From positions 1,152,001-1,216,000 of the forward strand of contig JBJMOW010000005.1 of the NCBI GenBank assembly GCA_045803545.1: DNA of 64,000 bases, in the 5' to 3' direction. This document shows positions 18,837-28,928 of the stretch, piece after piece. The notes below the pieces were generated by a model that saw nothing but the letters and a program-made list of their open reading frames with translations, had not been told where the DNA came from and did no database searches. The first letter of the stretch is position 1. Every line of letters begins with the position of its first letter. The position numbers were made by a program, and so were the translations under genes. The DNA comes from Gemmatimonadaceae bacterium (GTDB lineage: Bacteria > Gemmatimonadota > Gemmatimonadetes > Gemmatimonadales > Gemmatimonadaceae).

Positions 18837-18870
18837 CTCTAAGCACCCTCCGAGGAGTCGCGTTTAACCT

Positions 18871-18906
18871 ATTGTACTCCTTAGACACGCTATTGTTCAA
18901 GGAGTA
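18871..18906 (-). promoter_or_regulatory. Sigma-70 promoter with overlapping inverted repeat
   Basis: Minus strand TTGAAC-N18-TACAAT; TACTCCTT-N16-AAGGAGTA palindrome overlaps both boxes. Confidence 0.55.
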
Positions 18907-18924
18907 ACATCCGCTTCAGACTGT

Positions 18925-20139
18925 TCAGGTGACGACCGCAATTTTTTCCACGAAGCGCTGCCAGCTACCGCTCTCAAGACTGAGATCGATCTCGCCGACG
19001 ACCTGCTCCACCTCTTCGTCCTTCGTGAAGAAGTGAGGCGCAATCCTGATACCAGCGCTGACCCGATAGTCGACGAGGATGTCCTTGGACAGAAGGACTT
19101 GAGTAACCTCGTAACCGTGGGGAACATCCATCGCTACCGTGCCACCCCTGCGCTCAGGGCGCCGCGCCGCAGTCACCTTGTAGCCGCGCGCGTCGGCCAG
19201 CTCGATCAGCCTTGTCGTCAACCGGAGGCTCTTCGCCCTGATCGCGTCGATTCCAGCGCGACGAATGATTCGCGTTCCTTCGGTCGCGATGTAGAGAGCT
19301 GGAATTATCGGGGTGCCGTTTAACCAACGGAAAGCACCCGAGGTGTATTCCATCGTTTCTTCGAAGGCGAACGGCCGCGAATGAGCCTGCCAGCCAGTGA
19401 GCGCCGGCTTGAGCTTATCGCGGACATCCGAGCTGACGTAAAGGAAACAGGCGCCCGGCCCGCCACAAAGCCACTTGAGTACGCCACCCGTCAGGAAATC
19501 CGCGTTGCTTCGTTTCACGTCTACAGGAACGATCCCGACAGCGTGAAACGAGTCGAGGGAAACCAGCGCGCCCATTTCATGCGCTCGGCGACAGATCGCG
19601 TCGACATCCATCAGGAAAGCGCTGCGAAACAGTACGTGTGACACGGCGACCAGCCGCGTGCGCTCATCGATAGCTGACAGCAGGGTTTCGAGATCGATGC
19701 CGATCCCATCGTCCGACTTGACCGAAACGATCCGAGCGCCGAGCCGCTGCGCCATCTCGGCGTAAGCGTAGCGGACTGACGGAAAGTCGAGATCGGTCAT
19801 CACAATAGTGTCCCGACCTTTCGGGAAATCGATCGCCGAGAGCACCGCGGTTTGGGCGATGGTGACGTTGGGCATCATCACGATCTCGCCAGGGTCAGCG
19901 TTGATCAAAGGCGCGATCTCGTTGCCGACTTCGACCGGAAATTCCCACCAGCCTCGGTTCCACGCCTTCACTCCCAGCTCGCCCCAATCTCTCGCGTACT
20001 CGGCAAGTCTCTCGGGGACGGTGCGAGGCATCGGCCCGAGCGAGTTCGAGACGAGATAGTTGGTCTTCGCAAGGATGGGAAACTCCTCGCGGAAGCCAAG
20101 CAGCGGATCTCCGCGTCCGGCTACGGTTTTTTGCGTCAC
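18925..20139 (-). CDS. PLP-dependent class V aminotransferase, kynureninase-like
   Basis: NSLGPMP, LDSFHAVG, GGVLKWLCGGPG; GTG start inferred. Confidence 0.8.
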   Translation of the reverse strand: MTQKTVAGRGDPLLGFREEFPILAKTNYLVSNSLGPMPRTVPERLAEYARDWGELGVKAWNRGWWEFPVEVGNEIAPLINADPGEIVMMPNVTIAQTAVLSAIDFPKGRDTIVMTDLDFPSVRYAYAEMAQRLGARIVSVKSDDGIGIDLETLLSAIDERTRLVAVSHVLFRSAFLMDVDAICRRAHEMGALVSLDSFHAVGIVPVDVKRSNADFLTGGVLKWLCGGPGACFLYVSSDVRDKLKPALTGWQAHSRPFAFEETMEYTSGAFRWLNGTPIIPALYIATEGTRIIRRAGIDAIRAKSLRLTTRLIELADARGYKVTAARRPERRGGTVAMDVPHGYEVTQVLLSKDILVDYRVSAGIRIAPHFFTKDEEVEQVVGEIDLSLESGSWQRFVEKIAVVT

Positions 20140-20170
20140 GCTGGAGTGCTTGGCCAACTCGGCGCGGAGC

Positions 20171-21826
20171 TCAGAGTCCTTTTCGCGATGCGTCGCGCAG
20201 CGCCTTGAACTCGGCATCGGCGTTCCAGGTCGGAACGGTCTCAGCGTTCGCGAGGCTGCTTCCGAAGCGGTAAACGATCTCACCGAGCTGGGCGGCGCCA
20301 GTCAGATCGAAGTCGGCGCGATACTCGTCAGAGGGCTGATGGTAGCGATGCGCGGTGTAGTCCTCTGCCTGTTGCAATCCCCAGCCCGCGGGATGACCGA
20401 CGTAGTCGATACCGCCACCGATCGAGACCGATGGAATTCCGACCTTGGCGAATGAGAAGTGGTCGGACCGATAGAAATGGCCAGCTTCCGGATGCGCATC
20501 GGGTGAGAGAGTGATTCCCTGCGCTCGAACCAGCCGAGCGAGTGCGGGGCCCAGCGTGCTTTTGTTGTCGCCCATCACATTCAGATCACGCACTCGGCCG
20601 TTGGCCGGCACCACGTCCATGTTGAGTGCAGCCACGATCCTGGATGCGGGAACGGTTGGATGTTCCCCGAAATACTGTGAGCCGAGCAATCCGGATTCTT
20701 CGGCGGTGACGAATATGAAGAGCTGAGACCGTCGCGGCTTCACGCCCTCGGCGGCGGCATGAGCGATCGTGAGAACGGTGGCGACGCCGGACGCGTTGTC
20801 GACCGCGCCGTTGTAGATCGAATCGCCGTTCACGACTGGTCCAATCCCGAAGTGATCCCAGTGCGCGGAGTACACGACGTACTCGTCGCGCACTTTCGGG
20901 TCGATTCCGCGCACGACTCCGACGACGTTGTTCGCCGAGAGGTGTTGCAGGCTATTCTGCATCGACGCATCGATCATGATTCCGGTGTTGATCGGCCGGA
21001 AATCACGCGACTCGGCCTGTTTGCGCAGCGTCGCCATGTTGAGTCCTGCCTGTGCGAGCAGCGCCGTGGCAGCGCTGTCGGTTATCCAGCCGCGAACGCC
21101 GAGCGGAGCTGGCGCGTTGGCAGGCCGCGGTAGCAGGCGGTGTTCAGTTGAATTCGAGGCGGTGACGACCTGCCAACCGTAGCCGGCGGCCGGTGTCGTG
21201 TGAACGATGAGCATTCCCGCCGCCCCACGACGCTCTGCTTCCTCGTACTTGTAGGTCCAACGGCCGTAATAAGTCATGGCTTTCCCGCCGAACAGGTTCG
21301 GCTCGGAGGCCGGGGCGGGAGGATCGTTCACGAGAACGAGCAGGATTTTGCCGCGAACGTCGGTGCCTTTGAAGTCATCCCACTTGTATTCGGGGGCACT
21401 GGCGCCGTAGCCGACAAAAACGAGCTCGCCACGGGCATTGCTGGATTCGGTCGCTGAGCCGGGCCACACGACAACGTCGTCGGTAAAGCGAAGGTTGGCG
21501 CTGGCCTTGCCCGATGCGATCACTCGGATGGTTTGGGGGTCGGCTCTAACAACATCGATGGGGACGCGCTGGAAATACGAGCTGTCGCCGACACCCGGTC
21601 TTACGCCAAAGGTCTGGAGTTGGGTGGCGAGATACTGTTCGGTCAGGCGTCCGCCTCGGGTAGCGGGGGCCCGGCCTTCCAGCAGGTCGGACGCGAGGAA
21701 CCGAAGGTGCGCATCGATCTCCTCCGGTGTAATAGCAGCAGGACTTCCTGATTGCCCCGAAACGTATGAGGCGGGTAGGAGCGTAGTGAATACAAGTGCG
21801 ACAAGCAAACGAATTGCGCGTCTCAT
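20171..21826 (-). CDS. M28 family peptidase with PA domain
   Basis: Signal peptide; SAHWDH, GAVDNASG, AEESGLLGS, RSDH, YHQPSD. Confidence 0.92.
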   Translation of the reverse strand: MRRAIRLLVALVFTTLLPASYVSGQSGSPAAITPEEIDAHLRFLASDLLEGRAPATRGGRLTEQYLATQLQTFGVRPGVGDSSYFQRVPIDVVRADPQTIRVIASGKASANLRFTDDVVVWPGSATESSNARGELVFVGYGASAPEYKWDDFKGTDVRGKILLVLVNDPPAPASEPNLFGGKAMTYYGRWTYKYEEAERRGAAGMLIVHTTPAAGYGWQVVTASNSTEHRLLPRPANAPAPLGVRGWITDSAATALLAQAGLNMATLRKQAESRDFRPINTGIMIDASMQNSLQHLSANNVVGVVRGIDPKVRDEYVVYSAHWDHFGIGPVVNGDSIYNGAVDNASGVATVLTIAHAAAEGVKPRRSQLFIFVTAEESGLLGSQYFGEHPTVPASRIVAALNMDVVPANGRVRDLNVMGDNKSTLGPALARLVRAQGITLSPDAHPEAGHFYRSDHFSFAKVGIPSVSIGGGIDYVGHPAGWGLQQAEDYTAHRYHQPSDEYRADFDLTGAAQLGEIVYRFGSSLANAETVPTWNADAEFKALRDASRKGL

Positions 21827-21887
21827 CGATTACTCAGTCAGTGTGATGGTAGTCCTTACATTATAGCTCCCGGAACGTCCCCTTAGC

Positions 21888-23051
21888 ATGACCCCACAAC
21901 CACGGATATCGCGCTTGTCTCCGGTAAAGCCGCGCCGCAAAGCTCACAAGATCGCGCTCGTTCTTGGCGGCGGTGGTCTTAAGGGCTTCGCGCACATCGG
22001 GGTATTTCGCGCGCTGCACGAGATGGGGATCGTGCCGACCGTAGTCGCAGGCACCAGCATCGGCGCGCTGATCGGCGCGGCGTACGCCCGTGGGATGCCG
22101 ATCGACGAGATGGCAGATCGCGCCCGCGGCCTCAAGCGGCGGGATCTCTTCCGCCTCAATCGAATGGGGATGCTGATCGAGCGACAGCATTCACCGGCGA
22201 TCTATCTGGAGGAGCCGCTACGCGAAGTGGTGAAATCGGTAGCGACGGAAAAGCGCATCGAACAAATGAAAACGACGCTCCTGGTCAACACCGTCGACAT
22301 CACGCGCGGCAGTCAGGTCGTGTGGGGATTGCCAGGCCTTCGTCACGTGAGCGTCGCTGATGCGGTCTACGCATCGTGCGCACTGCCTGGTTTCTATCCG
22401 CCGGGAAAGATCGACGGGCGTCTGTGTGTCGATGGCGGTGTTCTCGACAATCTGCCGGTATCGGTTGCGTCGCTGGGAATGGATGCAGTGATTGCAGTCG
22501 ACACCGGTTCAAGCGACATGGAGCCGGAGAACGACATTGCAACGGCCGGGTTCGCGTCGATTTACATGCGGGCCGCATCGACGATGATGCACGCGCTGCA
22601 GCTGGCGCCGTTCAATGGCTGGACACGGCCGCCCATGATTCTGATTCGACCGCGCGTAAATCACATCGGCTGGTTCAGCTTCTCGAACACCGAGGAGCTG
22701 CTCGAAGCCGGTTACACCGCGGCGCTGGAAGCGTGCAAGCACTATGAGGAATGCATCGCCTGGGGAATTGGCGTCTTTCCGCGGCGCGCGATGCAAATCA
22801 CAGTAGACCGTGCGAAGTGCATCGGCTGCACGCTGTGCACAGCGATGGCGCCCGATCTGATGGCGATGGACTCGCAGCAGAAGGCCTATCCGCTCCAGCC
22901 GATCGTGGAATGGTCACCTGCGGACGGCGACTTCGTGCACCACTGCCCGACGTACGCAATCGAGGCGACGCGGATCGATTCGCAAGATGCGCCAATTGCA
23001 CGCCCTACTGTGGATCCGACAAGCGAGCCGACGACTCGAAAGACCGGGTGA
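21888..23051 (+). CDS. Patatin-like phospholipase fused to C-terminal ferredoxin domain
   Basis: GGGGLKG, GTSIG, DGG; tail VDRAKCIGCTLC...CPTYAI. Confidence 0.88.
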   Translation: MTPQPRISRLSPVKPRRKAHKIALVLGGGGLKGFAHIGVFRALHEMGIVPTVVAGTSIGALIGAAYARGMPIDEMADRARGLKRRDLFRLNRMGMLIERQHSPAIYLEEPLREVVKSVATEKRIEQMKTTLLVNTVDITRGSQVVWGLPGLRHVSVADAVYASCALPGFYPPGKIDGRLCVDGGVLDNLPVSVASLGMDAVIAVDTGSSDMEPENDIATAGFASIYMRAASTMMHALQLAPFNGWTRPPMILIRPRVNHIGWFSFSNTEELLEAGYTAALEACKHYEECIAWGIGVFPRRAMQITVDRAKCIGCTLCTAMAPDLMAMDSQQKAYPLQPIVEWSPADGDFVHHCPTYAIEATRIDSQDAPIARPTVDPTSEPTTRKTG

Positions 23052-23092
23052 GAACTGCGCCGCGGCCCCGTTCAAGAGTCCGCGGCTCAGAG

Positions 23093-23743
23093 CTAATAAG
23101 CGACGCCGAATCGCGCGCCCGCGTGTTGCGGATTCTCGATCTCGTCGAGGAGCGCGACGGCGTAGTCCTCCATAGTGATCTGGCTTTTGCCGTTCTGGTC
23201 GGTGATGAGCTTTTCGGCGGTGGTGCGGTACTCGCCGGTGCGCTGGCCCGGAAAGATCTCGGCGGCGGGACTGATGAAAGTCCAGTCGATACCTTCGCCT
23301 TCGCTGCGATACACGTCGAGGCTCTCGGCGCCTTCAATTGCCTCGGCCTTGTAGATATCCGGAAAGCCGGGCGCGTCGAGCAGCCTGAGCCCCGGCGCCA
23401 CTTCGAGCGTTGATGCACCACCAACTACAAGCAGTCGCTTCACGCCCGCCTTCTTCGTCCCCTCGATCAAGGCGCGCGCTGCGTCCGCCAATCTTGGCGC
23501 CGGCAATCCTCGGCTATTTGGCCGCGGTGAGATCGCGCTGACTACGACATCAGCCCCCTTCACCACTTTGGCCACGCTGTCGGCGCTGGTGGCGTCACCC
23601 TTCACCAGCTTCACTCGCGGATCGGGTGACGAACTTTGCGACGGCTCACGAACAACTCCGACGACTTCGTGACCGCGCCGCAGCGCTTCGGCCGTGATGC
23701 GCTGGCCGATGTTTCCGGTCGCACCAAAGAGAACGATTTTCAT
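23093..23743 (-). CDS. NAD(P)-dependent oxidoreductase (flavin reductase/BVR-B-like)
   Basis: GATGNIG; VGGASTL; DWTFISPA; ITMEDYA. Confidence 0.88.
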   Translation of the reverse strand: MKIVLFGATGNIGQRITAEALRRGHEVVGVVREPSQSSSPDPRVKLVKGDATSADSVAKVVKGADVVVSAISPRPNSRGLPAPRLADAARALIEGTKKAGVKRLLVVGGASTLEVAPGLRLLDAPGFPDIYKAEAIEGAESLDVYRSEGEGIDWTFISPAAEIFPGQRTGEYRTTAEKLITDQNGKSQITMEDYAVALLDEIENPQHAGARFGVAY

Positions 23744-23820
23744 CGACGGGCTCCTACTGCTCTGTCAGAGGAAGGGTTGCCGGCGCTGGTGAAAGGGAGC
23801 ACCAGCGCAGCACAAGGACT

Positions 23821-24031
23821 GATTGAGGCGTTCGGACTAACCGCCAGTCCGGACTGCGGACTAATTAAGGATAGCGGATTAGAGGCAGTCCGAGTTTCGA
23901 GCTAAGTCCGAAGTTCGAACCCATTACGAGTTGCGAGCGGTTCGCGCGGTCTAGCTCTCGACTCGCAATAGGCTCGCAACTCGGACTCAGCTCGCAACTC
24001 GGACTCGGCTTCCAGTCCCAACCCCTCAATC
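23821..24031. repeat. Nested long inverted repeat upstream of acnA
   Basis: Outer arms 16/18 complementary; inner ~52-bp arms 23887-23938 / 23954-24005 with an 18-nt repeat unit. Confidence 0.7.
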
Positions 24032-24132
24032 CCGTATTAAATTGCCATTAGCCTGCAATTCGCGTTGCGGATTGCAGTGGCTCCGCTCCTACCGGCCAGC
24101 GCAATGCCGCGGCCAAAGTACGAGACAAAGCA

Positions 24133-26922
24133 ATGACACACCCGAATTCCTTCGGTAGCCGATCAACGCTCGACGTTGCTGGTCGGCAGTACACGATCTT
24201 TCGGCTGGATTCCCTCGCCCAGATCGCGGGTGGGAACGCGCAACGGCTCCCTTTCAGCCTCAAGATCCTGCTCGAAAATCTGCTGCGAAACGAAGACGAC
24301 AAGTTCGTCAAGGCGGATGATATCCGCGCCCTTGCCGGCTGGGACGTAAAGGGAAAGACCGAAAAAGAAATCGCTTTTAGAACCGCGCGGGTTCTGCTTC
24401 AGGATTTTACCGGCGTCCCCGCGGTCGTCGATCTCGCGTCGATGCGCGATGCGCTCGCCCGACTCGGGGGCGATCCACAACTGATCAACCCGCTGCAGCC
24501 GGTCGATCTCGTGATCGACCACTCGGTCCAGGTCGATGAGTACGGATCTGAGGCGGCGCTCCTGATCAATGCCGACTTCGAGTTCCGCCGCAATCAGGAG
24601 CGGTACGCATTCCTGCGCTGGGGACAGAAAGCGCTCCACAACTTTCGCGTGGTGCCGCCGGACACCGGCATCGTCCACCAGATCAATCTTGAGTATCTGG
24701 CCAAAGGCGTCTTCACCGAAGTCGTCGGCAAGCAGACCTACGCATACCCTGATTCGCTCGTCGGCACCGACTCGCATACGACCATGATCAACGGCCTCGG
24801 CGTGCTCGGCTGGGGCGTAGGGGGAATCGAAGCGGAAGCGGCGATGCTTGGCCAGCCGGTATCGATGCTGATCCCCGAAGTCGTCGGGTTCAAGCTGCAC
24901 GGCAAGCTGCCACCGGGCGCCACCGCAACCGATCTCGTGCTCACGGTCACCGAGATGCTGCGCAAGAAAAAAGTGGTCGGGAAATTCGTCGAGTTTTACG
25001 GTGCGGGCTTGTCTTCGCTCTCGCTCGCAGATCGCGCGACCATCGGCAACATGGCGCCCGAGTATGGCGCGACGATGGGATTCTTCCCGGTCGACGCCGA
25101 GACGGTGAACTATCTCAGATTCACGGGACGGGACGAGTCGCAGGTGCAGCTCGTCGAGGCGTACTGCAAGGCGCAGGGACTTTTCCGCACCGACGAGACG
25201 CTGGATCCAGCTTTCAGCGACACGCTGGAGCTCGATCTGCGCAGCGTCGAGCCAAGCCTCGCCGGCCCGAAGCGTCCTCAGGATCGAGTGCCGCTCAAAC
25301 TCGCCAAGAAAATGTTCAGAGAGGCGTTGCGAGCTGATCTCGATCGCACCGGGACGGTCGCAGCAGTCGCGGCGGCGAAGCAGGCGATGCAGGTGGCAGC
25401 GTCGCCTCAGCTTTCTCCATCCGTCGTCGCCACCGATCCGGATGAGCAGGCGGGTCAGCACTCGAGCATTTCAGTGCAGATGAATGGCGAGACTTTTTCG
25501 ATACGTCACGGCTCGGTGGTGATCGCGGCGATTACGAGCTGCACCAACACGTCAAATCCGAGTGTGATGCTCGCGGCAGGACTGCTGGCGAGAAACGCAG
25601 TCGGCAAAGGTTTGGCGTCGAAGCCGTGGGTGAAGACGAGCCTCGCGCCGGGCTCCAAAGTCGTGACCGACTACTTCAAGAAAGCCGGAGTGATGGGCGC
25701 GCTACAGCAGCTGCGCTTCAACGTCGTTGGTTTCGGCTGCACGACATGTATCGGCAACTCCGGCCCGTTGCCGCAGCCGATCGCTGAAGCAGTCGAAGCG
25801 AACAAGCTGGTGGTCGCATCGGTTCTGTCGGGCAATCGCAACTTCGAAGGACGCATCAATCCCCTGACGCGCTTCAACTATCTGGCTTCACCGCCGTTGG
25901 TCGTCGCGTATGCGCTCGCGGGTCGGATGGATATCGATTTCAACACCGAGCCGGTTGGCGTCGGGAAGGATGGTCCTGTCTTCCTGCGAGACCTCTGGCC
26001 GAGCCCGAAGGAAGTCGAAGAAGAGATCTTGCGCTCTGTGAAGGCCGAAATGTTCAAGGCGCAGTACTCGAATGTCTTCCACGGCGATGATAATTGGCGG
26101 GGACTGCCCGTTCCCGAGGGCGATTTGTACGCGTGGGACGCGGACTCGACCTACGTCAAGAATCCGCCATTCTTCGAGGGAATGACGCTGACGCCGCCAG
26201 GCGTTCGTCCAATCGCCAACGCGAAGGCGCTTGGTATGTTCGCAGATTCGATCACCACCGATCACATCTCGCCGGCGGGTTCCATTCCGGCGTCGAGTCC
26301 GGCGGGCAAGTGGTTGATCGAGCACGGTGTGAAGACCGCGGACTTCAACTCGTACGGGGCACGGCGCGGCAATCATGAGGTAATGATGCGCGGCACCTTC
26401 GCAAACATTCGGCTTCGCAACGAGCTCGCGCCGGGAACTGAAGGCGGCTGGACAACTCTTGCAGCCGGTGGGAAGCCGATCACGATCTATGACGCAGCGA
26501 TGGAGTACCAGCAGGCGGGCACACCGCTCGTCATCGTCGCAGGCAAAGAATACGGAACCGGCTCGTCACGCGATTGGGCAGCAAAGGGAACGCTTTTGCT
26601 CGGCGTGCGCGCAGTGATCGCCGAGTCCTTCGAGCGAATCCATCGCTCGAACCTGATCGGCATGGGCGTGCTGCCGCTCGAGTTCCTGCCGGGCGAAACG
26701 CGGCAGACGGTCGGGCTCAGCGGTTTCGAGACGTTCTCGATCGAGGGCATGACCAACGAAATAAAACCGCGTTCCGCGTTGACGGTTCGGGCACGGGCAG
26801 CTGACGGAAGCGAGAAAACCTTCAAGGTCGTGTCGCGTATCGATACGCCAGAGGAGCTGAGCTACTATCGGCACGGGGGCATACTGCCGTACGTGCTGCG
26901 GCAGCTCGTTTCTGGACGGTGA
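24133..26922 (+). CDS. acnA: Aconitate hydratase A
   Basis: [56 protein letters not shown]. Confidence 0.97.
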   Translation: MTHPNSFGSRSTLDVAGRQYTIFRLDSLAQIAGGNAQRLPFSLKILLENLLRNEDDKFVKADDIRALAGWDVKGKTEKEIAFRTARVLLQDFTGVPAVVDLASMRDALARLGGDPQLINPLQPVDLVIDHSVQVDEYGSEAALLINADFEFRRNQERYAFLRWGQKALHNFRVVPPDTGIVHQINLEYLAKGVFTEVVGKQTYAYPDSLVGTDSHTTMINGLGVLGWGVGGIEAEAAMLGQPVSMLIPEVVGFKLHGKLPPGATATDLVLTVTEMLRKKKVVGKFVEFYGAGLSSLSLADRATIGNMAPEYGATMGFFPVDAETVNYLRFTGRDESQVQLVEAYCKAQGLFRTDETLDPAFSDTLELDLRSVEPSLAGPKRPQDRVPLKLAKKMFREALRADLDRTGTVAAVAAAKQAMQVAASPQLSPSVVATDPDEQAGQHSSISVQMNGETFSIRHGSVVIAAITSCTNTSNPSVMLAAGLLARNAVGKGLASKPWVKTSLAPGSKVVTDYFKKAGVMGALQQLRFNVVGFGCTTCIGNSGPLPQPIAEAVEANKLVVASVLSGNRNFEGRINPLTRFNYLASPPLVVAYALAGRMDIDFNTEPVGVGKDGPVFLRDLWPSPKEVEEEILRSVKAEMFKAQYSNVFHGDDNWRGLPVPEGDLYAWDADSTYVKNPPFFEGMTLTPPGVRPIANAKALGMFADSITTDHISPAGSIPASSPAGKWLIEHGVKTADFNSYGARRGNHEVMMRGTFANIRLRNELAPGTEGGWTTLAAGGKPITIYDAAMEYQQAGTPLVIVAGKEYGTGSSRDWAAKGTLLLGVRAVIAESFERIHRSNLIGMGVLPLEFLPGETRQTVGLSGFETFSIEGMTNEIKPRSALTVRARAADGSEKTFKVVSRIDTPEELSYYRHGGILPYVLRQLVSGR

Positions 26923-26947
26923 CTGCGGACTGAGACCTGGACAATCG

Positions 26948-26982
26948 AAAGGGACGAGCATTCGCTCGTCCCTTTTTGTTTT
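26948..26982 (+). terminator. Intrinsic terminator after acnA
   Basis: AAAGGGACGAGC-ATTC-GCTCGTCCCTTT plus T-rich tail. Confidence 0.88.
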
Positions 26983-26987
26983 GATAA

Positions 26988-27161
26988 CTACCTCCCTTAT
27001 TAGCCGAGAGCAGCTGGCTGATAGCTATTCGCTGCAGGCGACGGGACAGGCCTCCTTCGCATTCCATTAACAACCGTCTTTTCCTCAGGATGATCGCGAT
27101 CTGTCCCGTTGCAGGCAGCCATCAGCCACTAGCCTGCTGCTATCAGCTACCAGCGAGGTCG
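26988..27161. repeat. Long palindromic intergenic element, copy 2
   Basis: Colinear homolog of 6888-7070 (GCGACGGGACAG, TCGCATTC, TTTCCTCAG, TCGCGATCTGTC, CTGCTATCAGCTACCAGCG shared). Confidence 0.8.
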
Positions 27162-27187
27162 TGGCTTCTAAAGTCCTCAGTCCGCAG

Positions 27188-27820
27188 TCAAAGAGGTTTA
27201 GTCGGCGTCGACGTAATCTCCTTTCTCTTCCTAAGGTGAAAATGCGGCGAAGATGCGTTGATCTGCTCGGTAAGATCGCTCTCGATCTTTTTCGGATCGA
27301 GCGGCTCCAGCATCGTACGCAGCTCGGGGTCGTCGGCGAGCTGTAGACCCAGACGCGAGTATAGACCGGCCACCAAATGCAGAGTCTTGGTGATCTCTTC
27401 TTCCATGCGGAGGTTCACCTGCAGCGTCAGCTCTTCGCGCAGCTCACCGATGCGCGACTCGCGACTCTGGGTCATCAACACGAAGATCGAGAGGAAGATC
27501 GCCTCGAGTGAGACGATCGTCGTCAGCATGCCGTATGGATACGGATCGAACTGCGGCAATCCGAAACCGGGGATGTTCCACAGGATCCAAACGATGAAGC
27601 CGACCGCGTGTATGACGAGAAACGGGCTCGAGCTCGCGACTCCGATCATGCGATCGGCCCATATCTCCATCGTTGAACGATTCGACGCGTGTTGGGCCTT
27701 GATCGCACGGAAAACTTTGTTGATGTCCGTGCTGCGGCGACGCCGGCGCTCAGCGCTGATCGCTCTTCTTGCTTGCTCGGTGGGTACTTCCGTCGGAGGC
27801 GCGGTCTCGTCTGACTGCAT
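27188..27820 (-). CDS. DUF1003-like membrane protein
   Basis: FDPYPYGMLTTIVSLEAIFLSIFVLMTQSR motif. Confidence 0.85.
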   Translation of the reverse strand: MQSDETAPPTEVPTEQARRAISAERRRRRSTDINKVFRAIKAQHASNRSTMEIWADRMIGVASSSPFLVIHAVGFIVWILWNIPGFGLPQFDPYPYGMLTTIVSLEAIFLSIFVLMTQSRESRIGELREELTLQVNLRMEEEITKTLHLVAGLYSRLGLQLADDPELRTMLEPLDPKKIESDLTEQINASSPHFHLRKRKEITSTPTKPL

Positions 27821-27903
27821 TTCTCGACTGGCTGGAGGTGAGATAACCTAACGCAAGCCGGCGGCCACTACCTGCGCTGCAGCAAAAGGTTAACCTTCCA
27901 TTT

Positions 27904-28824
27904 ATGGCTACATCACCGTCATTCACCGTCGGCATCGTGCAGGAAGCGATCAGCGATGACGTGGAAAAGAACGTCGCGCGTGCGGAATCTCGCATTCGAG
28001 AAGCGGCTGAGAAAGGAGCACAGATCGTGTGCCTGCAGGAGCTCTTCAACGCGCCGTACTTCTGTAAATCGCAAAAGCACGAGCGCTTCGATCTGGCGGA
28101 GCCGATTCCCGGACCCACCATCGAGCGCATGCGCAAGCTCGCTCGCGAGCTCGAGGTTGTAATCATCGTACCGATCTTCGAGCGGCAGGCGGCGGGAGTG
28201 TATCGCAACTCCGCGGCAGTCATCGACGCCGATGGCAGAGTGCTGGGCGCCTATCGGAAAATGCACATCCCCGACGATCCGCTCTTCAACGAGAAGTTCT
28301 ACTTCACTCCAGGCGACTCGCACGTACCTGACGATGGCGATCAGCGCGGAGCTGGCGGCTTTCGCGTCTGGAAGACTCGGTACGCGGACATCGGCGTGCT
28401 GATCTGCTGGGACCAGTGGTACCCCGAGGCAGCGCGTATCACCAGCCTGCTTGGCGCCGAGATTCTGTTTTATCCGACAGCGATCGGCTGGCACCCATCA
28501 GAGAAAGCGGAGCACGGCGAGGCGCAGGTAGAGGCGTGGCGCACGGCACAGCGCGCGCACGCGATCGCCAACGGCGTCTACGTCGCATCGCCGAATCGCG
28601 TCGGACACGAAGACGAGCCGGGCACCGACGGCATCGAGTTCTTCGGCCACTCGTTCATCGCCGATCCGTTTGGTCGCATCATCGCGGAAGCTGGAACCGA
28701 GCCGGCGGTGCTCGTGTCGAAGTGTGATCGCGCCCTGATCGAAAGCACGCGTCGCAACTGGCCGTTCCTGCGCGATCGCCGCATCGATGCCTATGCCCCG
28801 ATCCTGAGCCGTTACATCGGATGA
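27904..28824 (+). CDS. aguB: Carbon-nitrogen hydrolase, N-carbamoylputrescine amidase-like
   Basis: LQELF, YRKMHIPDDP, ICWDQWYPE; adjacent to agmatine deiminase. Confidence 0.85.
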   Translation: MATSPSFTVGIVQEAISDDVEKNVARAESRIREAAEKGAQIVCLQELFNAPYFCKSQKHERFDLAEPIPGPTIERMRKLARELEVVIIVPIFERQAAGVYRNSAAVIDADGRVLGAYRKMHIPDDPLFNEKFYFTPGDSHVPDDGDQRGAGGFRVWKTRYADIGVLICWDQWYPEAARITSLLGAEILFYPTAIGWHPSEKAEHGEAQVEAWRTAQRAHAIANGVYVASPNRVGHEDEPGTDGIEFFGHSFIADPFGRIIAEAGTEPAVLVSKCDRALIESTRRNWPFLRDRRIDAYAPILSRYIG

Positions 28825-28828
28825 ATCG

Positions 28829-28859
28829 GCGGGAGGTGGGAGGCGGGAAGCGGGAGGCG
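28829..28859. repeat. Heptamer tandem repeat (GCGGGAG)x4, degenerate
   Basis: gcgggag gtgggag gcgggaa gcgggag just after the aguB stop. Confidence 0.7.
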
Positions 28860-28928
28860 TTGGCCGGACGAGCAGTTACAGGAACTAAGCGCAAGGGTCA
28901 CGCTCCCTTCGGAAGTAGCGCTCTTACT

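Noticed and set aside
23887..24005. CRISPR array
   Set aside because: Units are inverted or tandem without unique spacers; no cas genes
24163..25461. 432-aa antisense ORF within acnA (and similar long antisense ORFs)
   Set aside because: Typical GC-rich antisense shadow without motifs
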